In this document: piece after piece, positions 24,503 through 36,873 of the stretch
How positions within the stretch are numbered: position 1 is the first letter of the stretch
Layout of the letters: each line of letters starts with the position of its first letter
Origin: Macrostomum lignano
Taxonomy: Eukaryota
Length of the DNA stretch: 64,000 nucleotides
NCBI GenBank assembly: GCA_002269645.1
Contig: NIVC01000891.1
Location: 124,001-188,000, forward strand
Direction of reading: 5' to 3'
The notes under the pieces: model-generated
Seen by the model: the letters and a program-made list of their open reading frames with translations, nothing else
The model's database searches: none
Told to the model about the DNA's origin: nothing
Program-made: the position numbers and the translations under genes

Positions 24503-25750
24503 CCTAGAATATAACAAAGTTAGAGTCAGACATTCTACTTTTACTATTTAATTTTAGGTCTACTTCATCTAAAGTTGAGGCATAAGTATTGTTTCTATTA
24601 TTTAACTTAAATTTGTACAAAAAGTATATGTATGTAGATGACATGGCTATGAAAATTAATTATGGCATACTATTCACAAAAACAAAGCTAGACTGTGGTA
24701 CAAAATCCTAGGCCTTTGTGTCTATGTCTGCGACATTACCAACTATTTGTAATCAAGTGGTACTTAGAGCCTAGAGGCATATGGTAATCCATTGCACTAT
24801 CATTGCCAGTCCAAGTGACAGCATGCATGGATTGCAGGTTGCATAGGAGGTGTTCAAATATATCTGGGCTTTCAACCTTGTTGGCAAGGATAGGTGTTGA
24901 AAGGCATCTGCTATAGCCATGTCAATAGAAAAATAGCCTAAGAAAAATTATTTAGCCAAGTGATATTAGGCCTAGTGCCTATTACAAATTTTCAAATTGT
25001 ATTCCTAGTACAACTGCTATATCAGCCATTTTCCTAGGTTTATTTTTACCATTCCATAGACACTATTTCTATAGGCCTTAGCTATTTTCATTTTTTGTAC
25101 AAATTTGAGTTTAACAAAAGGAACATACTTACACCAAAGTTAGTTTATTAATTAAAGCACTTTTTGCCTTAGCTCAAGAATATATTGTAATGTATTTATA
25201 AAATGGCAAGGAAGCATAAAGAAATAAAAGTAAGGATATTAGAAATAACTTGGTAGTAAACTGTCTTAATTTTATGTCAAGATCCTTAGGTTGGTTTGAT
25301 TCTAAATATATAAAACAATATTAGTTAAGGGCATAGGAACCTATAAAATCTAGGGCCTAATGATTTACATAATTTTGAAGGTAGAAATATAAGCCAACCA
25401 TTTAGGTACTAAACTCATTATAATTCCTTTGGCTTAATTATACTTATATAGGATTTTAAATTAAAATTTTAATTATTTGCATATAAATAAATATAATAAG
25501 ATGCTATTTATATCTTAAATCTATAGTTTTAATTATCTCTAAAGAATTTTCACAGGTTGCAATGCACTTATTCAAGAAAAATTGGTGGTATCAGATAATG
25601 CTCACATCATGCTTTCTGAGCCCAGATGACAAAATTGCCACCTCATCGAGTTAATGGTTTAAAATGCAACTTGGCAGGCATCAGCAAGCAAGCAGCCCAG
25701 ACCTGCCCTACACCAGGCCCCATTTTTGCACCTGTTGGACCAGGTAAAAT

Positions 25751-27765
25751 ATGGCCGCAATCTGCCAGCCCTGCTGCGCCAGCGACCAGCGCAGACCATC
25801 TGCAACCTGTCAGAGACTGAGCTGCTCCACGGGCCCGAGTTCTCCAGCATGCGGCTGCCGTTTCAAGTCGGCAGCAGTGCAGGCAGCAGTGCTGATGGTC
25901 CCGAATCCAGCTGGCCCATCCAGCTGCTGTCTATGGCCGAGTTTTCCAGCTGCCTAGCAACTCAGAAGTGCCCCAAACAGAGCACCTGGCTGTATGCCTC
26001 CTATATCTATCTGGACCCGGGTGCGTCTCCTCCGGACCCTCAGCTGGCCAAGATTCGCGAACGCATCGATTGGTCTGGTCTGGGCTTTGACAGAGGCTTG
26101 GCAGCCTGCGGCAGCACGCTGTGGGTTGGGGGTCCGGGGTCCAAAACCAACCTGCACTATGACGCTTATGGTTACAATATTGTGTTTCAGGTTTGTGTAT
26201 AGGTCAATAGTACCAGTGATATCATGCTCAATCATTATTTGGCATCCTGGACTTAAAAAATTCGATGCGAAATAAAAGTCAAGGTGGCCAATACTTGCAT
26301 CACATAAATTCTATTTGCGACCAATTTTCACTAGGGGATGAGGAAGCTGGCATCGCAGGCACAGAGTCCGCATATCGATGCCATAAGACTCGAATTGTTG
26401 TGCAACTCATTATTATCTACCGGAAGTGTTCCAAAATTAATTACTACCTACCGGAAGTGTTCCACAATTAGTTACTATCTACCGGAAGTGTTCCACAATT
26501 AATTACTACCCACCGGAAGTGTTTCAAAATAAATTATTACTTACCGGAAGTGTTCCACAATTAATTACTACCCACCGGAAGTGTTTCAAAATAAATTATT
26601 ATCTACCGGAAGTGTTCCACAATTGATTATTACCTACCTACTAGAAGTTTTCCTAAGTGATTATTGTTAACCATTTTCTCTCGGAAACCCAGGTGTTCGG
26701 CAGCAAACGATGGACCCTCTACCCGCCTGAGTCCAGCCACCTGCTCAGGCCTACCCGGCTGCCATTCGAAGAGTCCACCATCTTTTCCCGTCTGTCCGCC
26801 CCCGCCTCCGTGCCAGAGGCGCAGCCTCACAGCGTCACCCTGGAGCCCGGCGACCTGCTGTACGTGCCGCGCCACTGGTGGCACCGGGTTGAGTCCCTGG
26901 GCGACTCTGCCAGCTGCTCCGTTAACCTGTGGGTGCCGCTGCCTCGCCAGGACGCCGCCTCTCGGCTCGGCGAATCCCTGACCGGCCTGATGGTCCGCCT
27001 GCTCAGCTCGGCTCCGGCCGCTGCCCAGCTGCTTTCGGAGCCGCACTGGCGCTGCCGGGACGAGTCGGACAGGCGACGCTGGAGGCGGCTGACTGACGGC
27101 GCCGACGCCTGGGGACCCGGCGAGCTGAAGCGGGACCTGGCGACTGCCAAGGAGGCGGCTGCGGCTACTGCGGATGCTGAGGCTGAAGCTACGTCTGACT
27201 GCGACTGCGACTGCCGACTCTGCTGCGGCACCGGGGACCAGGTAGGACTGGCAGTTGGCTGGCAGACTGGCAGCTTCTGACTACTCCTGACAGCCTCTGC
27301 CTACTCCTGACAGCCTCTGCCTACTCCTGACACCCTCTGCCTACTCCTGACACCCTCTGCCTACTCCTGACACTATCTGCCTACTCCTGACACCCTCTGC
27401 CTACTCCTGACACTATCTGCCTACTCCTGACAGCCTCTGCCTACTCCTGGCGCAGACATCCCCTTCATTGTAGCTACTTTGAATTCTACCAACCAATCAA
27501 ACACTTCTAAGCTATCTAGTGCCGGCCCTACTCCACATCTCCGCAGTCTGTATCGGAGTTTGTTTCTGCCTCCGGCGTCACCGTAGCGTCCCTGAGTCCA
27601 GACGCGGCGCCTGTCACTTCACCGCCAGCGCCACCAGCGCCGGGCCGCTCGGCAGGGGGCCCCGAGGAACGAATTCTCGCCGCTCTGGTGGACGCCGCCT
27701 GCGACGCTGAGGTGTTGGAGGTGCTGTCGGACAAGTTCATGCTGGCTTTGCAGGCCTCGCGTTGA
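25751..27765 (+). CDS. HSPBAP1: HSPBAP1-like JmjC-domain protein, 3 exons: ~25751..26190, 26693..27241, 27547..27765
   Basis: STLWVGGPGSKTNLHYDAYGYNIVFQ|VFGSKRWTLYPP..PTRLPFEESTIFS..LLYVPRHWWHRVES has the HxD...H triad and matches the HSPBAP1 pattern. Introns are phase-0 GT-AG. The start is uncertain (see findings), and the exon 3 acceptor could be 27520 instead. Confidence 0.85.
26410..26640. repeat. 31-bp intronic minisatellite, 7 copies, core ACCGGAAGTGT
   Basis: CCGGAAGT at 26420, 26451, 26482, 26513, 26544, 26575 and 26606. Confidence 0.9.
27280..27449. repeat. 20-bp intronic minisatellite (CTACTCCTGACAGCCTCTGC), about 8 copies
   Basis: Tandem units seen directly in HSPBAP1 intron 2. 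Confidence 0.9.
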
Positions 27766-27879
27766 GATTGAGCTGATTAATGACCAAAATGCGCGTGATG
27801 AGGTCTGTCAATCCTCTACCATTGCCACTCCGTTACTCTGTCCTGTTACTGTTCTGCCCTCACTGCTCTGTTTTTTGAG

Positions 27880-28430
27880 ACTGCTACTCCTTGTCACTGC
27901 TACTTCTTGTCACTGCTTCTTCTTGTCACTGCTTCTTGTCACTGCTCCTTCTTGTCACTGCTACTTCTTGTCACTGCTCCTTCTTGTCACTGCTTCTTCT
28001 TGTCACTGCTTCTTGTCACTGCTCCTTCTTGTCACTGCTCCTTCTTGTCACTGCTCCTTCTTGTCACAGCTTCTTGTCACTGCTCCTTCTTGTCACTGCT
28101 ACTTCTTGTCACTGCTCCTTCTTGTCACTGCTCCTTCTTGTCACTGCTTCTTCTTGTCACTGCTTCTTGTCACTGCTCCTTCTTGTCACTGCTCCTTGTC
28201 ACTGCTCCTTCTTGTCACTGCTTCTTCTTGTCACTGCTTCTTGTCACTGCTCCTTCTTGTCACTGCTCCTTCTTGTCACTGCTCCTTCTTGTCACAGCTC
28301 CTTGTCACTGCTCCTTCTTGTCACTGCCCCTTCTTGTCACTGCTCCTTCTTGTGACTGCTCCTTGTCACTGCTACTTCTTGTCACTGCTCCTTCTTGTCA
28401 CTGCTCCTTGTCACTGCTCCTTCTTGTCAC
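27880..28430. repeat. Pyrimidine-rich 16-19-bp minisatellite (CTTCTTGTCACTGCTC variants)
   Basis: Seen directly; it accounts for the three spurious LLLVT/CHC ORFs. Confidence 0.95.
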
Positions 28431-28459
28431 TTTACTCAAGTACTCGTACTTTTGTTTTC

Positions 28460-29115
28460 AGTTTTCATGCCACCCCGCCCCGTCCCCCGTCTCGCGCCCG
28501 GGCCAGGGTTTGTGAGAGGCGTAAGTCTCAACCCTGGCCTAGCCCTTTGCACCCAGCCCCCGGCCCAATCTCTGTCCAATCTGGGTGCCGACCCTACCCC
28601 CCTCCCTCGTTGCCCGCCTCACCCTGGGGCTGCTCGTATTGGCTGGCTGGTTGATAAGCCGGCTGAGCCCCAGGGTTTGGCTCGCCCTCTCCAGTCTGCC
28701 CCACCCCTTCCCCCTTTTTTGTGTATTATTTAAATGCTAGCCCTGAGCGGGCTGCGCTCCACGTGTGCTCTCTATTGGTGTCCGCTTCGTTCTTACTGTT
28801 TTTGCGTTCATCGGCGTACCTCTGCCTTCGCGTGCCAATACTGCTTCGGGCCAATAAACGCTTCGTTAGTAACTCGATATATCAAGAGGAGGTGAGCTCG
28901 AGCTTTCGTTCTTCTGGGTTGCCGCGTGGGGCCGGGATCTGCAGGGACCTGGGAACGGTGAACTCTCGCCGATCCCAGGGTGTTCGGTCAGGCGAACTCT
29001 CGCCGAACCGAGCGAGACAGGGTAGGAATAGCCGGGGTGAGGGCTGGGACCGGGGTGTCTCAGGCGGGGAGGGCCCGAACCTTGACCCGTCCAGCGGCCA
29101 TTAGGCCGAGACACA
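28460..29115 (+). mobile_element. Possible solo LTR (GC-rich island)
   Basis: TATTTAAA near 28730, AATAAA near 28853, ends GAGACACA, with a sharp composition change. No TSD found. Confidence 0.3.
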
Positions 29116-30244
29116 ACAAATGCATTAAGAGAAGAAGTTTTGAAAATATTCATGGGTTTTGAAACACACTGCAGTTGCTTTCTAAATCCGATAAATATCG
29201 TATTTTGTTGACAAAAAATTTTTTTATTCCAATTGACCTGCACAACAAATAAAGCTTTTTCAAATGTGTCTATTGGTTGATAATCGTAACTAGTTAAAAG
29301 TACGCAGAGTCACATCGCGAGTCTAAAAGTACAAAGTATATTATTATGCGTTCAAGGTGCCACAGGGTTGGGTATCGATTGGTGAGACGCACAGCAATAA
29401 AAGATAAACTCGCTAAATAAACAGCTTGCTACACTAAATAATCAATAAAACAAACAAAACGGACATGTTGAGTCCAAATGATTAAAACAAACGCCGCAAC
29501 TAATATTCAAAAGCGCGTCACGACTGAGCAGCCATTGCCATAAACGCATCAATAAAATTATGAATGATTGGAAAATTTAACTACAAAAAGCGATGCTAAA
29601 TATAAAAGAATAATAAAAATTCTAATGTCGATGCTTACAACCATTGATTTGTGCGCGATTCCACTACTTAGGCGGATAAGTAGTAAGTAACGCTAGTACT
29701 ATAAGTAGCTATATCTAAAATATCTAGAAAACTAGAGCAATAATAAAGCGTTTAGCAATGTATATGGCAGATATGAAAATTGTCTACATCACAAATAGAA
29801 AAATTAATTATGCTAATTAGAGCAATTATACACTCGAATACAGCGTTAATCGAATTATTACAATAAAAATCATAAGTGAGGGAACGCAAAGTTCAGTCCC
29901 GGCATTATTTCAATTAAATTGTTACTATAGTGCATTAAAACAATCTTGAAGTAACGACAGAAATAAAGAAAAGTGAAACTAATACATATAATACATATAC
30001 ATATTAAATATTTCAAGTATGCAGAGCACAAAAAATTCCATTTCGCTTTTTCCTGGCAGCAATTTTCCAGCAATATTTTCTATTATAATTTCGAATGCGA
30101 GCGTAAATTAACTGTTGAAAATGAAGCAATTTTTAATGCGTCGAGTGCATCAACATGGGCAACAGGAATTTTCAATTGCCGTGATGCAAAGCGATGGAAC
30201 TCCAGAAAGAGCATGGGGCTCTGTCTAAACGATGAGTACTACTG

Positions 30245-30552
30245 AATTATATAATTGATAATAGTAATTGATTACACCTGCCCAATGGGCAGATGTGCAA
30301 CCGACAGCTCAGCCGCAGCTTATTGCGCGGCGCATCTGAAGGCTGCATACGGCTGCATGTTCAATCCAAGGACTGGGGGGTCGCCGCACAATTTCAATTA
30401 CCCAAGCTAATGCTGCAGCCCAATTTACAGCTGAGTGAACTGAAGCAGTGCAGAGTCTTGCTCAAGTACAAACTGCTCCCAGTGGGATCGGGAATCGAAC
30501 CCCTGACCTTCAAGTCGTGAGTCAGGCGCTCTAACCACTAGGCTACAACACA
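30245..30552 (-). mobile_element. tRNA-derived SINE with a CORE-like central domain
   Basis: Minus strand: A box TAGCCTAGTGGTTAGAGCG, B box GGTTCGATTCC, then TTGAGCAAGAC..CAGTTCACTCAGCTGTAAATTGGG, a 3' stem-loop CTGCCC-ATT-GGGCAG and an AT-rich tail. The 3' boundary is approximate. Confidence 0.75.
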
Positions 30553-30797
30553 TGTACTATATGCATATAGCGTAGTGACTTCTCTTCGATCCCTGAGAAT
30601 GGCACAAATACAGGTGACCAAAATCAAGGCTGTGATTCAGGCTACATTTCAGAGTGCCGAATCTGGAGCTCCACGCCAGGATAAACAATTATTTTTTTAA
30701 ATCCTGCAGATGTTTGTTAAAATTATATAATAGAGCAAAAACGATAAACAGATTTTCAAGTTTGAAACAATTTCAACAGACTTCCCTAGAAGGTTGA

Positions 30798-30840
30798 TTA
30801 GTATCCGTACCCTCCGCTCCGGTACTGCCCGCCCATGCCT

Positions 30841-30873
<33 letters not shown>

Positions 30874-33800
30874 ATTCTGGGAGTGGCGCTGTAGATGTCG
30901 CTGTAGCCCTGCTGCTGCTGCTGCTGCTGCTGCGGCTGTGTTGTAGGATTGTAGGGCGCGTGCGCCGGGCTCCTGCCGGCTGCAATAATGGCCGTTGGTG
31001 TTAATAGGTCAGGTGTGTGTCGCGCTTGAATATTTATGGATGACAATCAAGCTCTTATTGGCGAAAGCTTTTCCGCACTTTTAGAAACAGCTGTTGATGC
31101 CATAAAACCACTGATACTAAAATAACTATAGATAGGCCACAGCTTTCTACTTTCAGTTCAGTAGCAAAGAAGAATACATAAGCTATTTTATAAAGATAAA
31201 GGCAGATGAAATGACTGATAAGTTTAGAAGCCCACAAGCTTGCAGGCGTAAACAGCTTGCTAATTGGTTCAGCAATAATGTACATTAGCCAGTCCACTGA
31301 AATGTACATACGAGCGCACCAGCTTTAGGCTGGAATTCCGAAGAAAGGCAATAAAATTGGGGCGGGGCGGGGGTAGTGTGAAAAGGAGCAGTTTAGGGCT
31401 TATGCTAGGAGTAAGAGCCGCTAGTAAATGAGCCTTGGCTTTAAATATACATTAAAATGCTTCAGTTTAACTTACTACTGAACTGAAAGTAGTCTACACG
31501 CAAATGTGCTGAGTGGCCCATTTAGTTATTCTTCCAAGTTCTAAGTTTCTAAGTTATTCTTAGAATCTGTGCATAAAACTGAATTCCCAGTTAAATAAAG
31601 AAAATATGAATGATCGTCATTTTTTGAACAAATATGCAAATTTAAAGCCTGTGCCACGCTGAGATGCCATGCTGAGATGCCACGCTGAGACTGCCTACGC
31701 AAGCCTAACTTTCAAAATGTCCGCAGCTTAAAGATTTTCAGTAGTGAAATTATCAGAGGAGAGCGGGCAAGAAATTGAAACTGGTCGAACATGGCCTGGC
31801 ATTTTTACTGAACGTCAAGCCCTCACCCTGCATGGCCTCCATGTTCAGCCGGCTGCTGGAGTTCTCCCGGTGCTGCGCAAGCGGAACGCCGTGGGGCGCC
31901 AGGAAGTTGGAGTCGTCAGCCGGCAGGTACTGCTGCGGCTCCTCGTCCCGGTCGTTGGCCTCCATGGCGCTGGGCGGCACGCCCTGCAGTTTGGACTCGC
32001 GCCAGTAGAAATTCAGCGCCGCAAACAGCAGCATGACGATCGTGCTGGCGAAACCGTAGGAGCGGAGCATGCTGTCGGAGCCTGCGGGTTCGGTTTGGCA
32101 GCGATGTGCGAGCGTGGGGCGCCTTTCTAATGTACATCGAATTTGGAAAATGGAAAAATATTCACTGTGGAGATAGGAAAAATTCATGTTTTTTTCATAA
32201 AAAATCTTTGATATTGCATTTGATCTGGGGCGGTGATGATTACCATTGTTTTAATTTAGCATGCACTGCATGTTAGTCTGTGTGCTTGCAAAGTTAAAGA
32301 GGTGGCAATCTTCACCGCCCCAGATCAAATGAAATCAGTGATTTGGTGATGTAAAAAATTTTCCTGGATATTGGCCTCCAAAAAACGACACGATCGTTGA
32401 GAGTTTTACGTCCTGTTATGCTTCAATAATTCTTGTGTACATACACCCTGTACATGCATGGGCTCAAGCGATGAGTAACATGGGCGTGTGCCCGCCCGCC
32501 CGACTCCTCCAACTCACCGTATTTGGCCGTGACCAGCCCGCCAAAGATGGCGCCAAGCCCGCGGCCCAGGCCGTGATGAACGCCCTGCAGGAGGCCCTGC
32601 GAGGCGGGCCGGGCCTCCACCGGGATGTTCTGAGAGATGTAGGAGCAGACGGCGGCCCAGGTGGCGGCGTGCGTCAGGCCCTGCAGGAACTCGAACGGCA
32701 GGACCCACCAGGCGCGCTCGACCCAGGAGACGAACAGGAAACGGCAGATGTTGGCCAGGAGGCCCAGGTACAGCACCCGGATGTGACCTGAGGCGAAGAG
32801 GCGGATTTTTAAACTGCAAAGTCTTTGCCTGGGAGGTGCATCATTCGAGGCACAGTGTGTGCATGAATTGACAAGGGTGCCAGGGTGCCCGCAACCCCCC
32901 TGCAATCGTTATTATTCATATTTACTGTCCCTTCCTACCGATGGAGTTGATCAGCTTGTCCGAGTGCATGTAGGCCAGCAGCTCAGAGATGTGGTTCACA
33001 ATGGAAGCCACGCCGAACAGGGTGGGGCCGCCGCCGATGTCCTGCAGGTGCCAGAACAGCAGCGAGAACACGATGCCGTTGCCGATGCCCATGAAGAAGG
33101 TGACGAATAGAAAGGCGCCAAGGCGCGGGTTCAGGTAGACCGGCAGGACGCGAATCCAGGTGCGAAACTGCCAGGTGGCGCCCTCGGTGCTGTAGGGATT
33201 CTGTTGCTCCTGCTGCTTCTGCGGATCCCCTGGCTGCTGCTGGTGCTGCAGGCCGTGGATGCCCAGCTGCTGTTCCAGAATTTGCTCGTCTGTGCCTTTC
33301 ATGGACTGCCCATCGGGCTCCTGCGGTAGGGGATTGGCACAGTGTGAGGTTCGGTGAAACATGGGGATAGGCGCCCGGCGGAAGAACTGAAAACAGTAAT
33401 TTTATTTAATCAAATCCCGTCTTTTTACCTCGGGCAGCGGCTCCGGATTTCCGTCCTCGTCCAGCCTCCCGCGATCCTTCATCGTGCGGCCGCGATTAAT
33501 GACCGAGTCGCGAAATTTGTCCTTCATCACCTTCAGGTACATCTGCTCGGAGCCGGCGCCTCCGGGAGCGTCATTGTCAAAGCTGGTGGATTTTTTTAAA
33601 GAAGAAAGTACGGAATTGAATTTTTGGGTGGCTAAATAATATTCTCAGTGGAAAGTCAGATTGCAAACAGCTAAGTGAAAAACCGGAAGTTGGTTTTGAG
33701 TAGCTCAAATGAGGAGCCGGAAGTTGGTTCTGAGTAGTTCAAATGAGGAACCGGAAGTGGCTTTTTGAGTAGCCAATCAATAAACCGGAAGTGGCTTTTT

Positions 33801-34919
33801 GAGTAGCCAATCAATAAACCGGAAGTGGCTTTTTGAGTAGCCAATCAATAAACCGGAAGTGGCTTTTTGAGTAGCCAATCAGTAAACCGGAAGTGGATTT
33901 TTGAGTAGCTAATCAGTAAACCGGAAGTGGGTTTTTATGTAGCCAATCAGTAAACCGGAAGTGGCTTAGCGGCATTTCGGAACTCACTGGAACTGAGTCG
34001 AAACCGCCAGAGCGCACAGCATGAAGAGGGTGAAGGTGGCGAAGCACATTATGTAATTCTTCTCCCTCTCGGCAGGGAAGCGGCACGGGTGCTTGAAGAA
34101 GGTGGTGCTGAGGTCCAGCCCGATGCCGACGATGAACATGGCGATGCCCCAGCCGATGCTGCCGAACATCCGCTGCCGGCCGTAGTTCTCCGACTTGCCC
34201 TCGATGGCGGCCTGGGTGGCGATGTCGGCCAGGCTGTTGGCCGGCGCGGAGGTGAACTCGCCGATGATCATGAGGAACAGGATGATGACGAAGGCCTTGC
34301 CGATCTCGGCAGTCGAGTACACCACGGTGGAGTAGCGCGGCATCGCCAGGCCCGGCTGGCCGGCCTTGTCCAGCATGATGGGGTTCTCGCCCACCATCTG
34401 CGACCAGCGCTCGTGCGGATTGTTGATGATGCGCTTCCGCTGGCTCAGCGCGATGTCGAAGTCTCCGGCGACCACCACCTCGGTGGATCGGTTCTCCGAC
34501 TCCACCAGGCAGCCGAAGGGCGCCGGGTTGACGATGGCGATGGCCACGGTGAAGATGAGCCAGCAGGCGGTGGACACGATGAGGATGAGGCGGCATTTGC
34601 GCCACTTCTCCGCCAGGCCGGTCCAGAACGGGGCGGCGAAGAACTGGATGAGCGGTCGGATGCCGATGAGGGTGCCGGCCTGAGCCGCGTTCATGCCGAG
34701 CTGCTTAAAGTACACCGCCATCAGCGGGTAGACGGAGCCGAAGGCGGCGAAGAAGAAGAAGTAGAACAGCTTGTAGATGTTCAGCGACTTGTCGAAGTAG
34801 CCCCCAAGGAAGCGCAAAAATTCGTTGGCGCGCTGGCCGCGGTTCTGGCCTTCGGTTGGCTCGGCGGCAGGCAGCGGTACCTCGTGGGGCAGCGGCTCGT
34901 CCGTGGGGACCGGCTGCAT
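30798..34919 (-). CDS. MFSD6: MFSD6-like major facilitator transporter, 6 exons: complement(join(30798..30979,31827..32081,32518..32787,32939..33320,33429..33582,33988..34919)), 724 aa
   Basis: KLFYFFFFAAFGSVYPLMAVYFKQLGM, ENYGRQRMFGSIGWG, LFWHLQDIGGGPTLFG and QGLLQGVHHGLGRGLGA. All five introns are GT-AG with consistent phases (2,0,1,1,1; total 2175 nt). The last exon is poly-Q and less certain. Confidence 0.88.
32217..32331. repeat. Intronic inverted repeat with 20-bp perfect arms
   Basis: CATTTGATCTGGGGCGGTGA (32217..32236) and TCACCGCCCCAGATCAAATG (32312..32331). Confidence 0.85.
33675..33965. repeat. 34-bp intronic minisatellite, 9 copies (AAACCGGAAGTGGCTTTTTGAGTAGCCAATCAAT)
   Basis: CCGGAAGT recurs every 34 bp from 33683 to 33955. 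Confidence 0.9.
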
Positions 34920-35789
34920 CTTTGCGGCTGCTGGTTTGATGTCCGTGGAGATCTGGCGGGCAGCTGTCTCAGAGCAGGGAGCGGCAAGCGGGAGGAGGAC
35001 TTCTACTAGACTCAACCGGAGAGTTTATGCCGAGGGCGCGGCGAGATGGAGAAAAGGGGAAGAGGCTGGGGGTTGCCGAGGCTGGGATGGGATGGGAGAG
35101 GCGGCCGTATTGATTCTGAGCAGGGCAGGGCGGGTCGGAGCTGCGAGAAGGCGGAGGAGGGCGGGAAGGAAGAGACGGGAAGAGAAAACTTTTGCGGCGG
35201 GGCAGAAGCTCTCGGTGGCTCCCAAGAGAGGCAGAGCGCTGGAACAGCTACTCAATTCTGCATCTCCTCCCAGCCTCCCTGTCCGCAGCCCGGGTAGTGC
35301 GGATTTCATTGGCTCCAGCGCGCCTTCCCCTTTCCTACTCCGGCGGCTTCTTCATCATACGCGCACAGAGCTGAGCAGAGTGCTCAGATTTCTTCCCTAT
35401 CCCGCCGCCGGCAGCGCACAGCCAACTCCGACGTACTTCTATCGGCCGCGCGCAGCGATCGACTTGGGCTGCAGGCAAGCCGGAGTGCGGAGGAGGCGTA
35501 GAAACTGAAAACTCACTGAAAACTGGGGAGTCAGGCGGCTTATCCGCCTCGCATCCCTCGTGCACTGCGACTCGGCAGCTGCAGGCTCTGAGGATTTGCT
35601 GCTCAGGATGTCGGGATTGTTGGCAAGAAAATTGAGGAAGCTGCGAGCGGATCTGTTGGCAGATCAATGCATATCTGTACCAATATTTGTAGCTCATTTT
35701 TCATAATTTATAAATAGAATTAATTTGAGTTATTGTCGGTCTATGCAAACTTATATGTAAGTGCAGATAAAAAGTTACCAAAAGACCAA

Positions 35790-35877
35790 GGGCCCGTTCT
35801 ATAAAGCCATCGTAAGATAAGATTGTAAAAGTACGTACGATCGAACTTACGCTACGACAGCTTTACAGTACGACCCC
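35790..35877. mobile_element. 88-bp Harbinger-like mini-MITE, 3-bp TSD CAA
   Basis: CAA|GGGCCCGTTCTATAAAGC...GCTTTACAGTACGACCCC|CAA, with 14/18 TIR match. Confidence 0.5.
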
Positions 35878-36873
35878 CAAGTCAAGTGCATCAAAGTCAT
35901 TTTAAGTACCAGACTCATTCGTTTCTGTGCACTTCCCTTATGCTCAAGCTGCTCTGTCAAGTGCCAGTTAAGTCTTCGCAGATTAGACTGAATTTTATGC
36001 ACTTAAGAGATGGCTATGTTGAATTTGGGTTGGATATCGGGGCTACAATTGTACTTGACAAAACACCGACATTGTCACACAACCGGCGAGAGGCGTTACT
36101 GCCCATTCCGCCGACTCCCCATCAGCAGGCACACAAGCGCGCGGATACGTCCGCCCCAGTCATATGCACAGACACACTCACACAGGAGTGCACAGCGGCC
36201 CTGACTTTAGTTATCGTTAGGCATGCACACTTCACTGTGCCTGGCACTTAAGGCCTTAAATATGCACGAGCAGAGCCAAGCCGAGATTGCTATTTAGCCC
36301 CAACTGACTGCACTTGACTGGCCCAGGCTGCCTACGCTCGTAAAAGCGCCGCAAAAGAAAGGTGATTTCTGTATATAGAGGTGATTTTACAGTCCCATCG
36401 AGTTGCATCTAAGTACCTTTTATTATACATGTAGTTGCATGCAAAAATGAAACAATAATTTGGGAATGTCAAACTACGAGATGAGCATTTGACATTTGCC
36501 TACCAATACAGGACAACCATGCCCTCACCATTTTGCTCCGAAAATATTAGAAGTTAGCAGTCCTTGATGAAACTCATACGCTCGTAATTATCTGTAGATC
36601 AAAGGATCCACTACAAGATTTGATGCCTAATTGCAGAGACAGGAACTAAGTCTGCAAGAAAGACTTATCAGACATTTTTCCTATAATTATCTAGAGACTC
36701 GTACCTGCTCCCGCTGATGAGCAGATAGTTTGTGTCGCTCTGATCTCGAAATCAAAGCATAATTAGAAGTCTTTTTAATCGCGTGTGCGACTTCATCCCG
36801 GAAGGAGACGTGAACTCTGGGATGACTGAAGCAAGCCAAGTCGCTAAGACATCTGCAGGCTATGAGCCCAGTG

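Noticed and set aside
27875-28654. Cys/Leu-rich ORFs (259, 154 and 202 aa)
   Set aside because: These are translations of a stop-free minisatellite in three frames.
30480-30552. tRNA gene
   Set aside because: A and B boxes are present, but there is no acceptor stem or 7-nt anticodon loop, and it continues into a SINE body.
34089-35009. Long antisense ORFs over GC-rich genes (also 12478..12837, 12623..13348, 40240..40860, 46884..47582, 48462..49028)
   Set aside because: These are shadow ORFs caused by codon bias of the real gene on the other strand or frame, with no recognisable motifs.
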